The position numbers and the translations under genes were made by a program. A stretch of DNA of 40,119 nt from Sulfurovum sp. (GTDB lineage Bacteria; Campylobacterota; Campylobacteria; Campylobacterales; Sulfurovaceae). Under the pieces are notes generated by a model, which was given only the letters and a program-made list of their open reading frames with translations, made no database searches and was not told where the DNA came from. Location of the stretch: assembly GCA_020721385.1 (NCBI GenBank), contig DYMW01000001.1:1-40119 (forward strand). The letters are read 5' to 3'. Of the stretch, positions 29,342 to 38,965 are shown one piece after another (the stretch's first letter is position 1; each line of letters opens with the position of its first letter).

Positions 29342-29709
29342 TAGTTTAGTCCTTCAAATTCTTGAGCGATACTGTTGTCATCTTCAAGAATAACAATTTT
29401 TGGTCGATAGGTATCCGCCTCTTCTTCATTCATGGATGCATAAGCAATAATAATAATTTTGTCACCCACATGTACTTTTCTAGCAGCTGCACCATTAAGG
29501 CAAATCTCTTTTTTACCTGGCTCACCTGGAATAATGTAGGTTGCAAATCGTTCACCATTATTGATGTTAACAATTTCTATCTTTTGACCAACACGCATTT
29601 TTGCTGCGTCAAGTAAATCTTGGTCAATGGTAATGGAACCCACATAGTGTAAATTCGCTTCGGTTACTGTCGCTCTGTGCAGTTTACTATAGAGCATGGT
29701 AATATTCAT
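29341..29709 (-). CDS. panD: Aspartate 1-decarboxylase
   Basis: [21 protein letters not shown] autoprocessing site, [15 protein letters not shown]. Confidence 0.96.
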   Translation of the reverse strand: MNITMLYSKLHRATVTEANLHYVGSITIDQDLLDAAKMRVGQKIEIVNINNGERFATYIIPGEPGKKEICLNGAAARKVHVGDKIIIIAYASMNEEEADTYRPKIVILEDDNSIAQEFEGLN

Positions 29710-29830
29710 TACAGTTATCTCCGTGATTTATAATTTTGTGTATTATAGCAGATTATTGATTTTGTTTTAGAGGAGGCAGATAATTTTACAAGGATAAACG
29801 TTTGACGCATCCTTGTTTTGATCTATATTG

Positions 29831-30205
29831 TTATCGAGCCATTGTAGCAGGAGCCACAGGGTCTCCCCACATTTGTTCAGGAATAACATACTCTTCTACT
29901 ACCGTACCACCAATGATATGTTCATCAATAATTCGGTTAATTTTCTCTTTGGTTAATCCAACATACATGGTATGACCTGGTTCAACCAACATCACAGGAC
30001 CTTGTTGACAACGATTTAAACATGAGGTTTGAATCGGTTGTACAGTTCCTATAATACCTTTTTGCATCAATGTTTGAGCAAGATGTTGCATAAGCTGTTG
30101 AGATTCAGGATTGTTCTGACTCACACAGCTTGGTTTTGGCATCCCTGGAGGTGCTGATTGTTGACACTTAAAAATATAAAATGCTGGTTGTGGTATTCCC
30201 ATCAT
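29831..30205 (-). CDS. Thioredoxin-like [2Fe-2S] ferredoxin
   Basis: C-x12-C ... CLNRCQQGP ... IIDEHIIGG pattern of the thioredoxin-fold [2Fe-2S] family. Confidence 0.85.
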   Translation of the reverse strand: MMGIPQPAFYIFKCQQSAPPGMPKPSCVSQNNPESQQLMQHLAQTLMQKGIIGTVQPIQTSCLNRCQQGPVMLVEPGHTMYVGLTKEKINRIIDEHIIGGTVVEEYVIPEQMWGDPVAPATMAR

Positions 30206-30317
30206 GGTTTAAATCCTTCTAATTTTAATTAGGAGAATATTACTCTTATTTAGAATAAAAATACCTTAATTCCAAGATAACTCCAACAATAAAGAGTAAA
30301 AAAGTAACAATCCCCTA

Positions 30318-32969
30318 TCAATAAAGATATGGTGTTGCTCCTCTAAAACTAATTCCATTGTGCGTTCCTGTATCATCTGTTTCTATTCCTGCTGGTCCTT
30401 GTGTCAAATCAAGTGTTCTTCCCCCTCGTACAAGAACTCCATAATTGTCTTTAGACGAACCTCCTCCCATTCCTATATCTATGGTACTGTTTGCCCCTGC
30501 ACCCTCTTCATTTTTGAGAACATTGTTGGTATCGATATCCATCCAATCTCTAACCCATGGACACCCTGTACACACAACTTCTCCTGCTGAATTTTTCATC
30601 TGCATGATACTGCTCAAATACTCTTTGTATCCTGTACCAAACTCCTGAATAATTTTGCCATAACCTGCCAATGGAACATTTTTATCTACCGCTAAAAGAC
30701 CATTCCGAATATGTGTTCCATCTCCACCATTGGCTTTATCTGCATCTAAAAGCTTTTTAATATGTGCATACTGCTTTAAACTTGGCATGGATACATTAAT
30801 ATCCACCACCTCTCCATTACGATTGGTTAATTTAAACTTTTCCAATGATGCCATGGCAACAAAAGGCATCATATTAGAAAGACGTTTTGTTCCTGCTTTA
30901 ACTTCATCTGAGAAATCCAATTCGTTTCCTTTGGGTGGATCAACCAACACCGCATCAATATACCCTGTAATTGTTTCTGAAATCAATTCTGTGGCATTAA
31001 CCATTTTAAATTTTTTCTGAATAAATGAATTTACTTTTCCAATCGTTGTACCCATAGCACTCTTTGAAATCTCAACGCCTGTCTTTCTGGCTTGATACGA
31101 AGAGACCCAAAAACCACCTTCGTTAATACCATCCTTATCCACATCAAATCCACCAGGAATGTACGCAAAACCATACTCAACCAATGCTGTACCATCGGCA
31201 TTTTCTATTGCCCATGGACACATTTTAGTTTTATCTTTTGGATTCCCTTCTTCTTTACACTCTACCTCTTTAATATTGACCTGTCCATCACCATCACTAT
31301 CATTTAATGGATCTAACGCATTAATCACATCGGTTGAATTGGCTTCATCATGAGCATATAAATTATCCTTCGCTGGAGTATTATTGGATAATCCTAGAAG
31401 TGTCTCAGGTGAAGTTAAACACGCTACTTTTAAATTATCAGGACTGTAACTGTAAATTTCTATACCATCTTCTACCCCATCACCGTCTGTATCACTATTA
31501 TTAGCATCTGTATGATACTCATTGAGTTCAAAACTGTCTAAAAGACAATCACCATCGGTATCAGGGTTACTAGGATTTAAACCATTGTCAACCTCATATT
31601 TATCCTCTAAGCCATCATCATCACTATCTGTCTTCATCGGATTACTGTGATAGGTATTGACTTCAAGACCATCATTTAACCCATCATCATCACTGTCCAT
31701 ATCTTTAGGGTCACTATGATACGTATTGACTTCATCCCCATCACTGATACCATCATTGTCACTATCACTATCTTTTGGATCAGTATCATAAGTATTGACT
31801 TCCTCTCCATCACTCAATCCATCCCCATCGGTATCTGCATTAATAGGATTTAAACCATTTTCTATCTCATATTTGTCGTCTAAGCCATCTGTATCACTAT
31901 CACTGTTCTTAGGATTGGTATGATAGACATTCACCTCATCTCCATCCTTTAATCCATCTCCATCTGTATCAGGCTTACTAACAGATGTACCTATTCCATT
32001 CTCATAGTCATCACTTAATCCATCACCATCACTGTCAGGTGGAACTTCTTTTGGATCTTTCGAATCATTGGGATTGGTATGTGTTGTTTTTATCTCTGCA
32101 CCATCAGTTAATCCATCATCATCACTATCAAAATCATTAGGATTGGTATGATACGTATTGACTTCATCTCCATCACTCAATCCATCTCCATCACTATCTG
32201 TATTGGTAGGATCGGTATGATACGTATTCACCTCATCCCCATCACTCAATCCATCCCCATCAGTATCCGTTTTTATGGGTGAAGTACCAATAAGATTTTC
32301 ATACGCATCGCCTAAACCATCTCCATCGGTATCAGGTGGAACTTCTTTTGGATCAGCTTCATCATTAGGATCACTGTGTGCGGTATTGACTTCATCCCCA
32401 TCACTGATACCATCATCATCACTATCACTATCATTGGGATTGGTATGATATGTATTAACTTCATCTCCATCACTCAATCCATCCCCATCACTGTCCACAT
32501 TTTTAGGATCTGTATGATAAACATGCACTTCATCCCCATCACTCAGTCCATCTCCATCAGTATCAGGATTGGTAATCGAGGTACCAATAAGATTTTCATA
32601 CGCATCACCTAATCCATCCCCATCTGTATCCTTTCCAACAGCACTAGGATCTTTTGGGTCAAGAGGATCCGTATGCAGTGTATTTACCTCTTCTCCATCA
32701 CTTATTCTGTCACCATCCGTATCCGCCTTGATTGGATTCAATCCATGCTCATCTTCATACCCATCATCCAATCCATCTCTATCCGTATCAACATTATAAG
32801 GCGAAGTTCCAATGGAAAGTTCGTAACTATCGGTGAGTCCATCACCATCACTGTCTACAACAACCTCTTTGCCTTCTCCTTTGAAGTTTCCTGCTCTATC
32901 TGAACCACATCCTGATAACAAAAGACTCAAACCAATAAAAATACCCCATACTACACGATTATTATGCAT
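30318..32969 (-). CDS. Lipoprotein with about 20 Ca-binding DxDxDG repeats and a C-terminal FGE/SUMF1-like (C-type lectin fold) domain
   Basis: Lipobox LSGC; tandem D[ST]DGDGLSDGDE..HT[DN]P repeats; C-terminal AYIPGGF...FWVSSYQ...MPS...LVRGG...ISFR. Confidence 0.8.
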   Translation of the reverse strand: MHNNRVVWGIFIGLSLLLSGCGSDRAGNFKGEGKEVVVDSDGDGLTDSYELSIGTSPYNVDTDRDGLDDGYEDEHGLNPIKADTDGDRISDGEEVNTLHTDPLDPKDPSAVGKDTDGDGLGDAYENLIGTSITNPDTDGDGLSDGDEVHVYHTDPKNVDSDGDGLSDGDEVNTYHTNPNDSDSDDDGISDGDEVNTAHSDPNDEADPKEVPPDTDGDGLGDAYENLIGTSPIKTDTDGDGLSDGDEVNTYHTDPTNTDSDGDGLSDGDEVNTYHTNPNDFDSDDDGLTDGAEIKTTHTNPNDSKDPKEVPPDSDGDGLSDDYENGIGTSVSKPDTDGDGLKDGDEVNVYHTNPKNSDSDTDGLDDKYEIENGLNPINADTDGDGLSDGEEVNTYDTDPKDSDSDNDGISDGDEVNTYHSDPKDMDSDDDGLNDGLEVNTYHSNPMKTDSDDDGLEDKYEVDNGLNPSNPDTDGDCLLDSFELNEYHTDANNSDTDGDGVEDGIEIYSYSPDNLKVACLTSPETLLGLSNNTPAKDNLYAHDEANSTDVINALDPLNDSDGDGQVNIKEVECKEEGNPKDKTKMCPWAIENADGTALVEYGFAYIPGGFDVDKDGINEGGFWVSSYQARKTGVEISKSAMGTTIGKVNSFIQKKFKMVNATELISETITGYIDAVLVDPPKGNELDFSDEVKAGTKRLSNMMPFVAMASLEKFKLTNRNGEVVDINVSMPSLKQYAHIKKLLDADKANGGDGTHIRNGLLAVDKNVPLAGYGKIIQEFGTGYKEYLSSIMQMKNSAGEVVCTGCPWVRDWMDIDTNNVLKNEEGAGANSTIDIGMGGGSSKDNYGVLVRGGRTLDLTQGPAGIETDDTGTHNGISFRGATPYLY
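31465..32855 (-). repeat. Intragenic tandem repeat array (66-93-nt units, about 297-nt higher-order unit)
   Basis: 20 consecutive repeat units; a 22+23+23+31-aa block occurs twice in full and begins a third time (GLGDAYENLIGTS and DPKEVPPD each twice). Confidence 0.85.
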
Positions 32970-34039
32970 TACTTTCTACCTTCAGGATAACTCAATACCG
33001 CTTCAATCCGACGATTCATCGCCCGTCCATCAACTGTTTTATTTGAAGCAATGGGCATACTTTCCCCTCTTCCTTCACCATGAATTCTAGCAGAACTTAC
33101 ACCCTCTGCAATCAAAGCCTTAACCACTGACAACGCTCTCCGTTCTGATAAAGAGAGATTTTTAGAAGCACTTCCTATGTTATCTGTATGTCCTAAAATT
33201 TGAACAAAACTTCCTTTATTTGCCAATAAAAAATTTGCAAATTTTGATACCTTTATATGTGAAGAGCCATCAATTGTTGCGGAATTGGTTGCAAAATGAA
33301 TTTTCAATGTGGTCTTTATAGGACAACCATATCCATCAACTGTAAAATCACAAGGGGTATCAGGACACTGATCAAAATTATCGGCTATTCCATCTCTGTC
33401 TTTATCTGGTTCAGAAATTTTAACAGGACACGTATTTTGATCCACATAAACAATTTGGGGTTGAATAATGTGTTGCACTTGAGGCTTAGGCATAGGTATT
33501 GGTATTGGTATTGGTATTGGTTCAGGTGCTGGGGTAAACATCGCCACAGGTAGTGTAATTCCTGCCGTTACAGAAGCCTCATTGTTTTCATTGTCTCCCC
33601 CTAAAATTTGTAACATTTTACCTTCTACTTTTCCCTTAATTCCTGTTGGTGTGGCATAAAGAATTCCTCCTCCTCCATGAACAAACGGATGACTTTCAAA
33701 ATAACCTTCAGTTGCACCTTGAACATTTTCATATCCAATACCACCTAAAATATAAGGCGTTAATACCGTACTGTTTTCAAATTCATAAACACCATTCACT
33801 GAACCTTTTAACAATGACTTTGCTTGAGTATCGGCAATATTGACATACTCCAAATCAAATCTTGGCATTATTAAATAATTGTTATATTGTAATGTTGCTC
33901 CAACAGTTCGATTTTCAAATTTAGGACTCTCTTCATTAATGGTCGAGGTCATTCCCACATTAATACCAATATCGGCTTCTGTACTGTTCGCGGCTAGATA
34001 CGTTGTCAACATAAATACATATAGATATATCTTATTCAT
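32969..34039 (-). CDS. OmpA-family outer-membrane protein (CadF/OprF-like)
   Basis: Signal peptide, N-terminal beta-barrel (TPYILGGIGY), Pro-rich hinge, DKDRDGIADNFDQCPDTP TSP3-like motif, OmpA_C (GHTDNIG, NLSLSERRA, NRRIE). Confidence 0.9.
   Translation of the reverse strand: MNKIYLYVFMLTTYLAANSTEADIGINVGMTSTINEESPKFENRTVGATLQYNNYLIMPRFDLEYVNIADTQAKSLLKGSVNGVYEFENSTVLTPYILGGIGYENVQGATEGYFESHPFVHGGGGILYATPTGIKGKVEGKMLQILGGDNENNEASVTAGITLPVAMFTPAPEPIPIPIPIPMPKPQVQHIIQPQIVYVDQNTCPVKISEPDKDRDGIADNFDQCPDTPCDFTVDGYGCPIKTTLKIHFATNSATIDGSSHIKVSKFANFLLANKGSFVQILGHTDNIGSASKNLSLSERRALSVVKALIAEGVSSARIHGEGRGESMPIASNKTVDGRAMNRRIEAVLSYPEGRK
33495..33518. repeat. Hexanucleotide microsatellite (GGTATT)4 encoding the Pro-Ile hinge of OmpA
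   Basis: GGTATT x4 read directly in the sequence; it encodes PIPIPIPIP. Confidence 0.8.
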
Positions 34040-34271
34040 ACTCTATACTCCTTTTTATCAATCTTTAAATATTAAGAAAAAATCATATCACATTTTAAAC
34101 ACAATTTTCTTATAAAATATATTTTTACTTAAAATTTTATAATAATAATAAAATTAAGCAACAAAAACTGTTTTTAAATATATGCCTTACAACATTTTCT
34201 AATTTAACCGCATATAATCTGAATACAACATACTCTTCACTTTTCAAGTCTACTTTGGCTACTATAACACC

Positions 34272-36062
34272 ATGAATAAACAACAGACACTACAGCACTA
34301 TTTCGGACACGATACGTTTAGAGAACAACAAGAAGAGGTTATTGATGCCATCTTGAACCATCAAGATGTACTGATGATTTTACCCACAGGTGGTGGAAAA
34401 TCTCTCTGTTACCAACTTCCCTCTCTTTTAATGCATGGGGTAACGGTTGTTATCTCTCCTCTTTTAGCACTCATGCATGACCAAGTTGTAGCACTTAGAG
34501 AAAATGGCATAGCCTCTGCCATGTTAAGCTCCATGCAAACGCTAGAAGAGTCACAACACATAGAGCAACAACTCCGTGCCAATCAAATCAAACTGCTCTA
34601 TGTGGCTCCTGAACGCTTGATGAACGACTACTTTTTAACCTTTCTACTTGATTTAAACATTAACTTTTTTGTAGTAGACGAAGCCCACTGTGTGAGTGAA
34701 TGGGGGCATGAATTTAGAGAACACTACCGTATGCTTTCACAACTTAAAATCTCATTTCCTTCCACCACCATTGCTGCATTTACCGCCACAGCAACTCCCA
34801 TGGTTCGAGAAGATATTTTAAACAATTTAACGCTACAAAACCCCAAAGTCATTACAGGTTCACTTTTTCGTCAAAACCTCACCATTACTGCCAAACACAG
34901 ACAAAGTGATGGACGAAGACAACTCTTAGAATTTCTAAAAGAGCATAACAATGAAGCAGGAATTGTTTACGCTTTTTCACGAAAACAGACCGAAACCATG
35001 GCAACCTATCTTAAAACCCAAGGCTATAAAGCAGAAGCCTATCATGCAGGATTACCAACTCAAGTGAAGAACAATGTTTTTGCTGATTTTGTTTCCGACA
35101 ATATTGACATTGTTGTTGCCACCATCGCTTTTGGAATGGGCATTGATAAAAGTAATATTCGTTTTGTGGTACACATGAATCTGCCCAAAACCTTAGAAAA
35201 TTACTACCAAGAGATAGGACGTGCAGGACGTGATGGACTTGAATCAACCACGCTACTTCTTTTTTCAACACAAGATATTGTTCAACAAAAATCCTTTATC
35301 AATGATTTACCCGACAGCCCGTATAAAGAGAGTGCATTTGAAAAAATTGAGACCATTGCACGTTTTTCCAACTCTGAGTCTTGTCGGCATCAACAGATAG
35401 CCATCTATTTTCATGACCATATCCATGCCTGTGGTAACCGTTGTGATAATTGCATTAACCCACATCAAGACACCATTGAGATAACCCAAGATGCCCAAAA
35501 ATTGCTTTCTGCTATCTATCGAACCAATCAATCGTTTGGACTCCATTATGTGATTGATGTGTTACGAGGAAGTAAAGAGCAACGTATCCTTTCCAATACG
35601 CATGACCAACTATCGGTTTATGGCATAGGAGAAAAGTATACCAAAGCACAATGGCTAAGTATTGCCGATAAACTGTTAGAACTTGGTGCCATTGGCATTG
35701 GGGAATACAAAGTCTATCATCTGTTAGAACGGGGGGTTAATATTTTAAAAGGGCAAGAAACAGTCTCAATCCGTCAAGAACGACTCACCATTAAAAAAAC
35801 TTCTAATAAGAAAAAAGTGGAATATTTTGAAGATTATGAAATAGATATTTTTGACCAACTTCGAGAACTAAGAAAAACCATTGCCACCGCAAACAAAGTC
35901 CCTCCGTATGTCATTTTTTCAGATAAAACACTTAAAGATCTTTCCAACAGTATGCCCACTACTAAAGCTCAAATGTTAGAAGTTCATGGTATTGGTGAAG
36001 TGAAATTTCAACGTTATGGTGAAGCCTTTTTAAGATTGATTAAGGAGATTGAAAATGCCTAA
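34272..36062 (+). CDS. recQ: ATP-dependent DNA helicase RecQ
   Basis: PTGGGKSLCYQ, DEAHCVSEWGHEFR, YQEIGRAGRDG, Zn-binding RQC (CRH...CGNRCDNC), HRDC (VPPYVIFSD). Confidence 0.96.
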   Translation: MNKQQTLQHYFGHDTFREQQEEVIDAILNHQDVLMILPTGGGKSLCYQLPSLLMHGVTVVISPLLALMHDQVVALRENGIASAMLSSMQTLEESQHIEQQLRANQIKLLYVAPERLMNDYFLTFLLDLNINFFVVDEAHCVSEWGHEFREHYRMLSQLKISFPSTTIAAFTATATPMVREDILNNLTLQNPKVITGSLFRQNLTITAKHRQSDGRRQLLEFLKEHNNEAGIVYAFSRKQTETMATYLKTQGYKAEAYHAGLPTQVKNNVFADFVSDNIDIVVATIAFGMGIDKSNIRFVVHMNLPKTLENYYQEIGRAGRDGLESTTLLLFSTQDIVQQKSFINDLPDSPYKESAFEKIETIARFSNSESCRHQQIAIYFHDHIHACGNRCDNCINPHQDTIEITQDAQKLLSAIYRTNQSFGLHYVIDVLRGSKEQRILSNTHDQLSVYGIGEKYTKAQWLSIADKLLELGAIGIGEYKVYHLLERGVNILKGQETVSIRQERLTIKKTSNKKKVEYFEDYEIDIFDQLRELRKTIATANKVPPYVIFSDKTLKDLSNSMPTTKAQMLEVHGIGEVKFQRYGEAFLRLIKEIENA

Positions 36063-36591
36063 ACTTTGTGGTATTGATGAAGCAGGACGAGGTCCACTTG
36101 CAGGTGATTTGGTCATGGCAGGTGTTATTTTAAACCAATTCATTGAAGGTCTTATGGACTCTAAAAAATTAACCCAAAAAAAGAGAGAAGAGCTTTATGA
36201 ACAAATTATCACTACTGCACACCATCATATTGTCTCTTTTTCACCCCAAGAGATAGATAACAATGGACTAAGTTACTGTCTAGGTAAAGGATTGGAAGCG
36301 ATTCAAAAAGCATTATCCGCCGAGATTTATCTCTTTGATGGAAACCAAACGTTTGGTGTATTGGGCATTACTACCATGATCAAAGCCGATACCAAAATCG
36401 CCGAAGTGAGTGCGGCGAGTATTCTTGCCAAAGTAACGCATGATAGAGCGATTATTAAAGCATCTCATATTTATAAGAATTATGGTTTTGAAAAACATAA
36501 AGGATATGGAACAAAAGCCCATATAGAAGCGATTAAAGCGTATGGATATTGTGACCTTCACCGTCGTAGTTTCAAGGTGAAAGGTCTATAG
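36055..36591 (+). CDS. rnhB: Ribonuclease HII
   Basis: GIDEAGRGPLAG, DSKKL, AASILAKV, HKGYGT, HRRSF. The ATG at 36055 is preferred over the TTG at 36049. Confidence 0.95.
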   Translation: MPKLCGIDEAGRGPLAGDLVMAGVILNQFIEGLMDSKKLTQKKREELYEQIITTAHHHIVSFSPQEIDNNGLSYCLGKGLEAIQKALSAEIYLFDGNQTFGVLGITTMIKADTKIAEVSAASILAKVTHDRAIIKASHIYKNYGFEKHKGYGTKAHIEAIKAYGYCDLHRRSFKVKGL

Positions 36592-36618
36592 AGAACCCAC
36601 TTTTCTCTATTTTATTAC

Positions 36619-36810
36619 TTATTTAAATTCTCTTCGTAAAAAAAAAAGTCCTAAAAGTATGCTCAACATAATAAGTATTAAAATATTTACATTACTTAAA
36701 ATAGTAACATCTCCTTCGATGTCGTTAGCAAAACTTTCAATTGGTAATAGCGTGACAATTATTACAATCAGTATAGGATACATACAGTTTGATTTTTTTA
36801 CAGTATACAT
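36619..36810 (-). CDS. 63-aa exported/membrane mini-protein (signal peptide plus C-terminal TM-basic tail)
   Basis: GAAAGGA RBS; signal-peptide-like N-terminus ending SFA; C-terminus MLSILLGLFFLRREFK. Confidence 0.6.
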   Translation of the reverse strand: MYTVKKSNCMYPILIVIIVTLLPIESFANDIEGDVTILSNVNILILIMLSILLGLFFLRREFK

Positions 36811-36924
36811 TTTTTAATCCTTTCTTCAAAATTTGATTTAAAGATAATAAACTATAATGTATATTATCTTAATTTAAACTTACATATTATATTTAATTTT
36901 AAAAAATAAGAATATAGTGACAAA

Positions 36925-36954
36925 TATAGGACAATTATCATTGTGTGTCCTATA
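36925..36954 (-). terminator. Possible terminator hairpin after the 665-aa surface protein gene
   Basis: TATAGGACA/TGTCCTATA 9-bp stem, 12-nt loop, 13 nt past the stop; only a short U tract. Confidence 0.4.
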
Positions 36955-36967
36955 AAATCGTATTATT

Positions 36968-38965
36968 TTAGATGGTTGCTTCAAGCTCTTTACGCGTTAA
37001 GAAGAGTCCTAATAAGGTACTTAAGAACATCATAATAATCACACCCACACCATTCAAGGATGCACTGTCTTCAGTATAGTCACAACTAGCACAACCATTT
37101 GAAGTTGTATTTGCATCAACAACAGATGCTATAACAGGAATTCTAACCGTTGCAGGTGTTGTATCCTCTATACCCTTACTATCTATTGCTGCATAAGTAA
37201 AGATTACTGTACCTACAAATTCAGGATTTGGTGTAAATTTTAATCCATTGGCTTCTTCTTGTGTTAAAATATCTCCAACACTTACTACCGTTCCATCAGC
37301 CAAAGACAAAACACCCATGGCTTCTGTAGGTAATGTTTTAAGAATGTACAATTCAGCATTGATTCCAGATAAATCTACAATATCCGTAGCACCTGAAGTA
37401 TTAACAATACTCCTGTTGTTTTTATCATTTGTTTCAGGCATCACAATCACAACAGGAGGTACAACAGGCGTAGAAAGTGTAATCGTTACCGTAGCTTCAG
37501 GAGATACATTGCCATCTTTATCACTCACCACATAGGTAATAGGGTCTGGAGCTTGAGTACAATTGGCGGTTGGCGTAAAAAGAATATTTCCAGTGACATC
37601 CACACTCCATTCACCATTCTCTACCACCAATCTTTTTCCATTCTCAATTGCACCTTGTGAAGTAATTGTCACAGAACTGATATTCATGTCATTCTCTATA
37701 TCACTGTCATTGTTCAGTACAGGAATGGTAACCAATGTCGCACTTCCATGAATACAATTTATCTCATCATTCATCACTGTTGGGGCGGTACTCGTTCCTA
37801 TAGATATATCATCATTAATAATCAACCCTATTGCTGTACCATCTAAAATGGTTGCATTGGTTGGATTGGATAAAACCACATTAAAACTCTCGGTAGCCTC
37901 AATGGTGGTATCTCCATTAATTACCACATCAATCGTTGTACTGCTACTTCCTGCTAAAATCGTCACTGTATCACTCGCATCCACATAATCTTCACCTTGT
38001 AACGCTGTTCCATCCACAAGAGCATAATCAACCGTTACATCTGACGTAGTGGTTTGATTTAATTCAACAGTAAACCGTAAAGTTTGCGTACTGCTGTTTC
38101 CTTCTACCAACTCTGCATCACCAATACTTACCGTTGGTATGGTTGGAATTACGGGGGGAATTATGATGTTAGTTGCCTCACCTACATTACAAGCCACCGC
38201 TTCAATATCATTAAATTTTGTTCCATTATTATCAATAATACCCGCTACCATTACGGCACCTGTAAGGGTATCAATCTCATAAAGCTGTCTATTTTTATTA
38301 GGATTGTAAAGCTCATCTTCGGTATACAATTTGTCATCATTGGCAAAAGAGAGTCCTTCGGCATCAATTTTTGTTTGTAAAACAACACTGTTAGACAAGG
38401 TACCTGTTGCCAAATCCAATTGCCATAATACAGGTAAAGGATTAGAAAAATAATCATCCATCGCATACGCATCACCATTTGAATTAATTGCCAACCCAGA
38501 AATAGATTCGCTTAACGTTTTAGGATAACCAGCTAAAGATGCCCAAGTCGTTGTATCAAAAGCATACAATTGCGAAGGGGCAACATCATCACGTGTTACA
38601 TACAAAACACCATTATAAAACTCCATTCCTGAACTTTTATTAATGGGTAAGGTGGTCTCTAAATGAATGGCTCCTGTGGTTAAATCAATTGCATACAATC
38701 CGCTGTCTGACTTATTAATCATATACATTTTACCATCACTGGGTCGATAAGCAACACCTTCTGTATTAAAAATTTGTCCTCCACTTTGAATATCTAAGGT
38801 TGTTGCCGTGTGCAAAGGGTTAGCACTTGAATCTACTTTTAATGTATAAATTTCTTGTTTATCATCACTGGTTGCATAACACGTTGCATCTATAGCGTAC
38901 ATTGATGTTGATAAACTTAACATTAATACAAAAACTCCTTGAATTACTCTACCTACAAACTCCAT
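36968..38965 (-). CDS. Multidomain surface protein: beta-propeller, Calx-beta, two Ig/cadherin-like domains, C-terminal TM anchor
   Basis: Signal peptide; repeated blades (EGVAYRP, GLAINSNG, EGLSFAND); Calx-beta (VSIGDAELVEGN...DGTALQGEDY...IINDD); Ig-like (IPVLNNDSD...FTP...ITY); CASC, then TM and RKE. Confidence 0.8.
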   Translation of the reverse strand: MEFVGRVIQGVFVLMLSLSTSMYAIDATCYATSDDKQEIYTLKVDSSANPLHTATTLDIQSGGQIFNTEGVAYRPSDGKMYMINKSDSGLYAIDLTTGAIHLETTLPINKSSGMEFYNGVLYVTRDDVAPSQLYAFDTTTWASLAGYPKTLSESISGLAINSNGDAYAMDDYFSNPLPVLWQLDLATGTLSNSVVLQTKIDAEGLSFANDDKLYTEDELYNPNKNRQLYEIDTLTGAVMVAGIIDNNGTKFNDIEAVACNVGEATNIIIPPVIPTIPTVSIGDAELVEGNSSTQTLRFTVELNQTTTSDVTVDYALVDGTALQGEDYVDASDTVTILAGSSSTTIDVVINGDTTIEATESFNVVLSNPTNATILDGTAIGLIINDDISIGTSTAPTVMNDEINCIHGSATLVTIPVLNNDSDIENDMNISSVTITSQGAIENGKRLVVENGEWSVDVTGNILFTPTANCTQAPDPITYVVSDKDGNVSPEATVTITLSTPVVPPVVIVMPETNDKNNRSIVNTSGATDIVDLSGINAELYILKTLPTEAMGVLSLADGTVVSVGDILTQEEANGLKFTPNPEFVGTVIFTYAAIDSKGIEDTTPATVRIPVIASVVDANTTSNGCASCDYTEDSASLNGVGVIIMMFLSTLLGLFLTRKELEATI

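Noticed and set aside
29788-29816. Hairpin ACAAGGAT...ATCCTTGT downstream of the ferredoxin gene
   Set aside because: The interior is imperfect and there is no U tract on the transcribed minus strand, so a terminator call is not supported.
30318-30460. Possible diversity-generating retroelement target (CLec-like C-terminus of the lipoprotein)
   Set aside because: No reverse transcriptase, Avd or template-repeat copy of this 3' region was seen in the window.
31465-32855. Regular nucleotide repeats resembling a CRISPR array
   Set aside because: The repeats are degenerate at third codon positions, lie in frame in an 883-aa ORF and have no unique spacers or cas genes.
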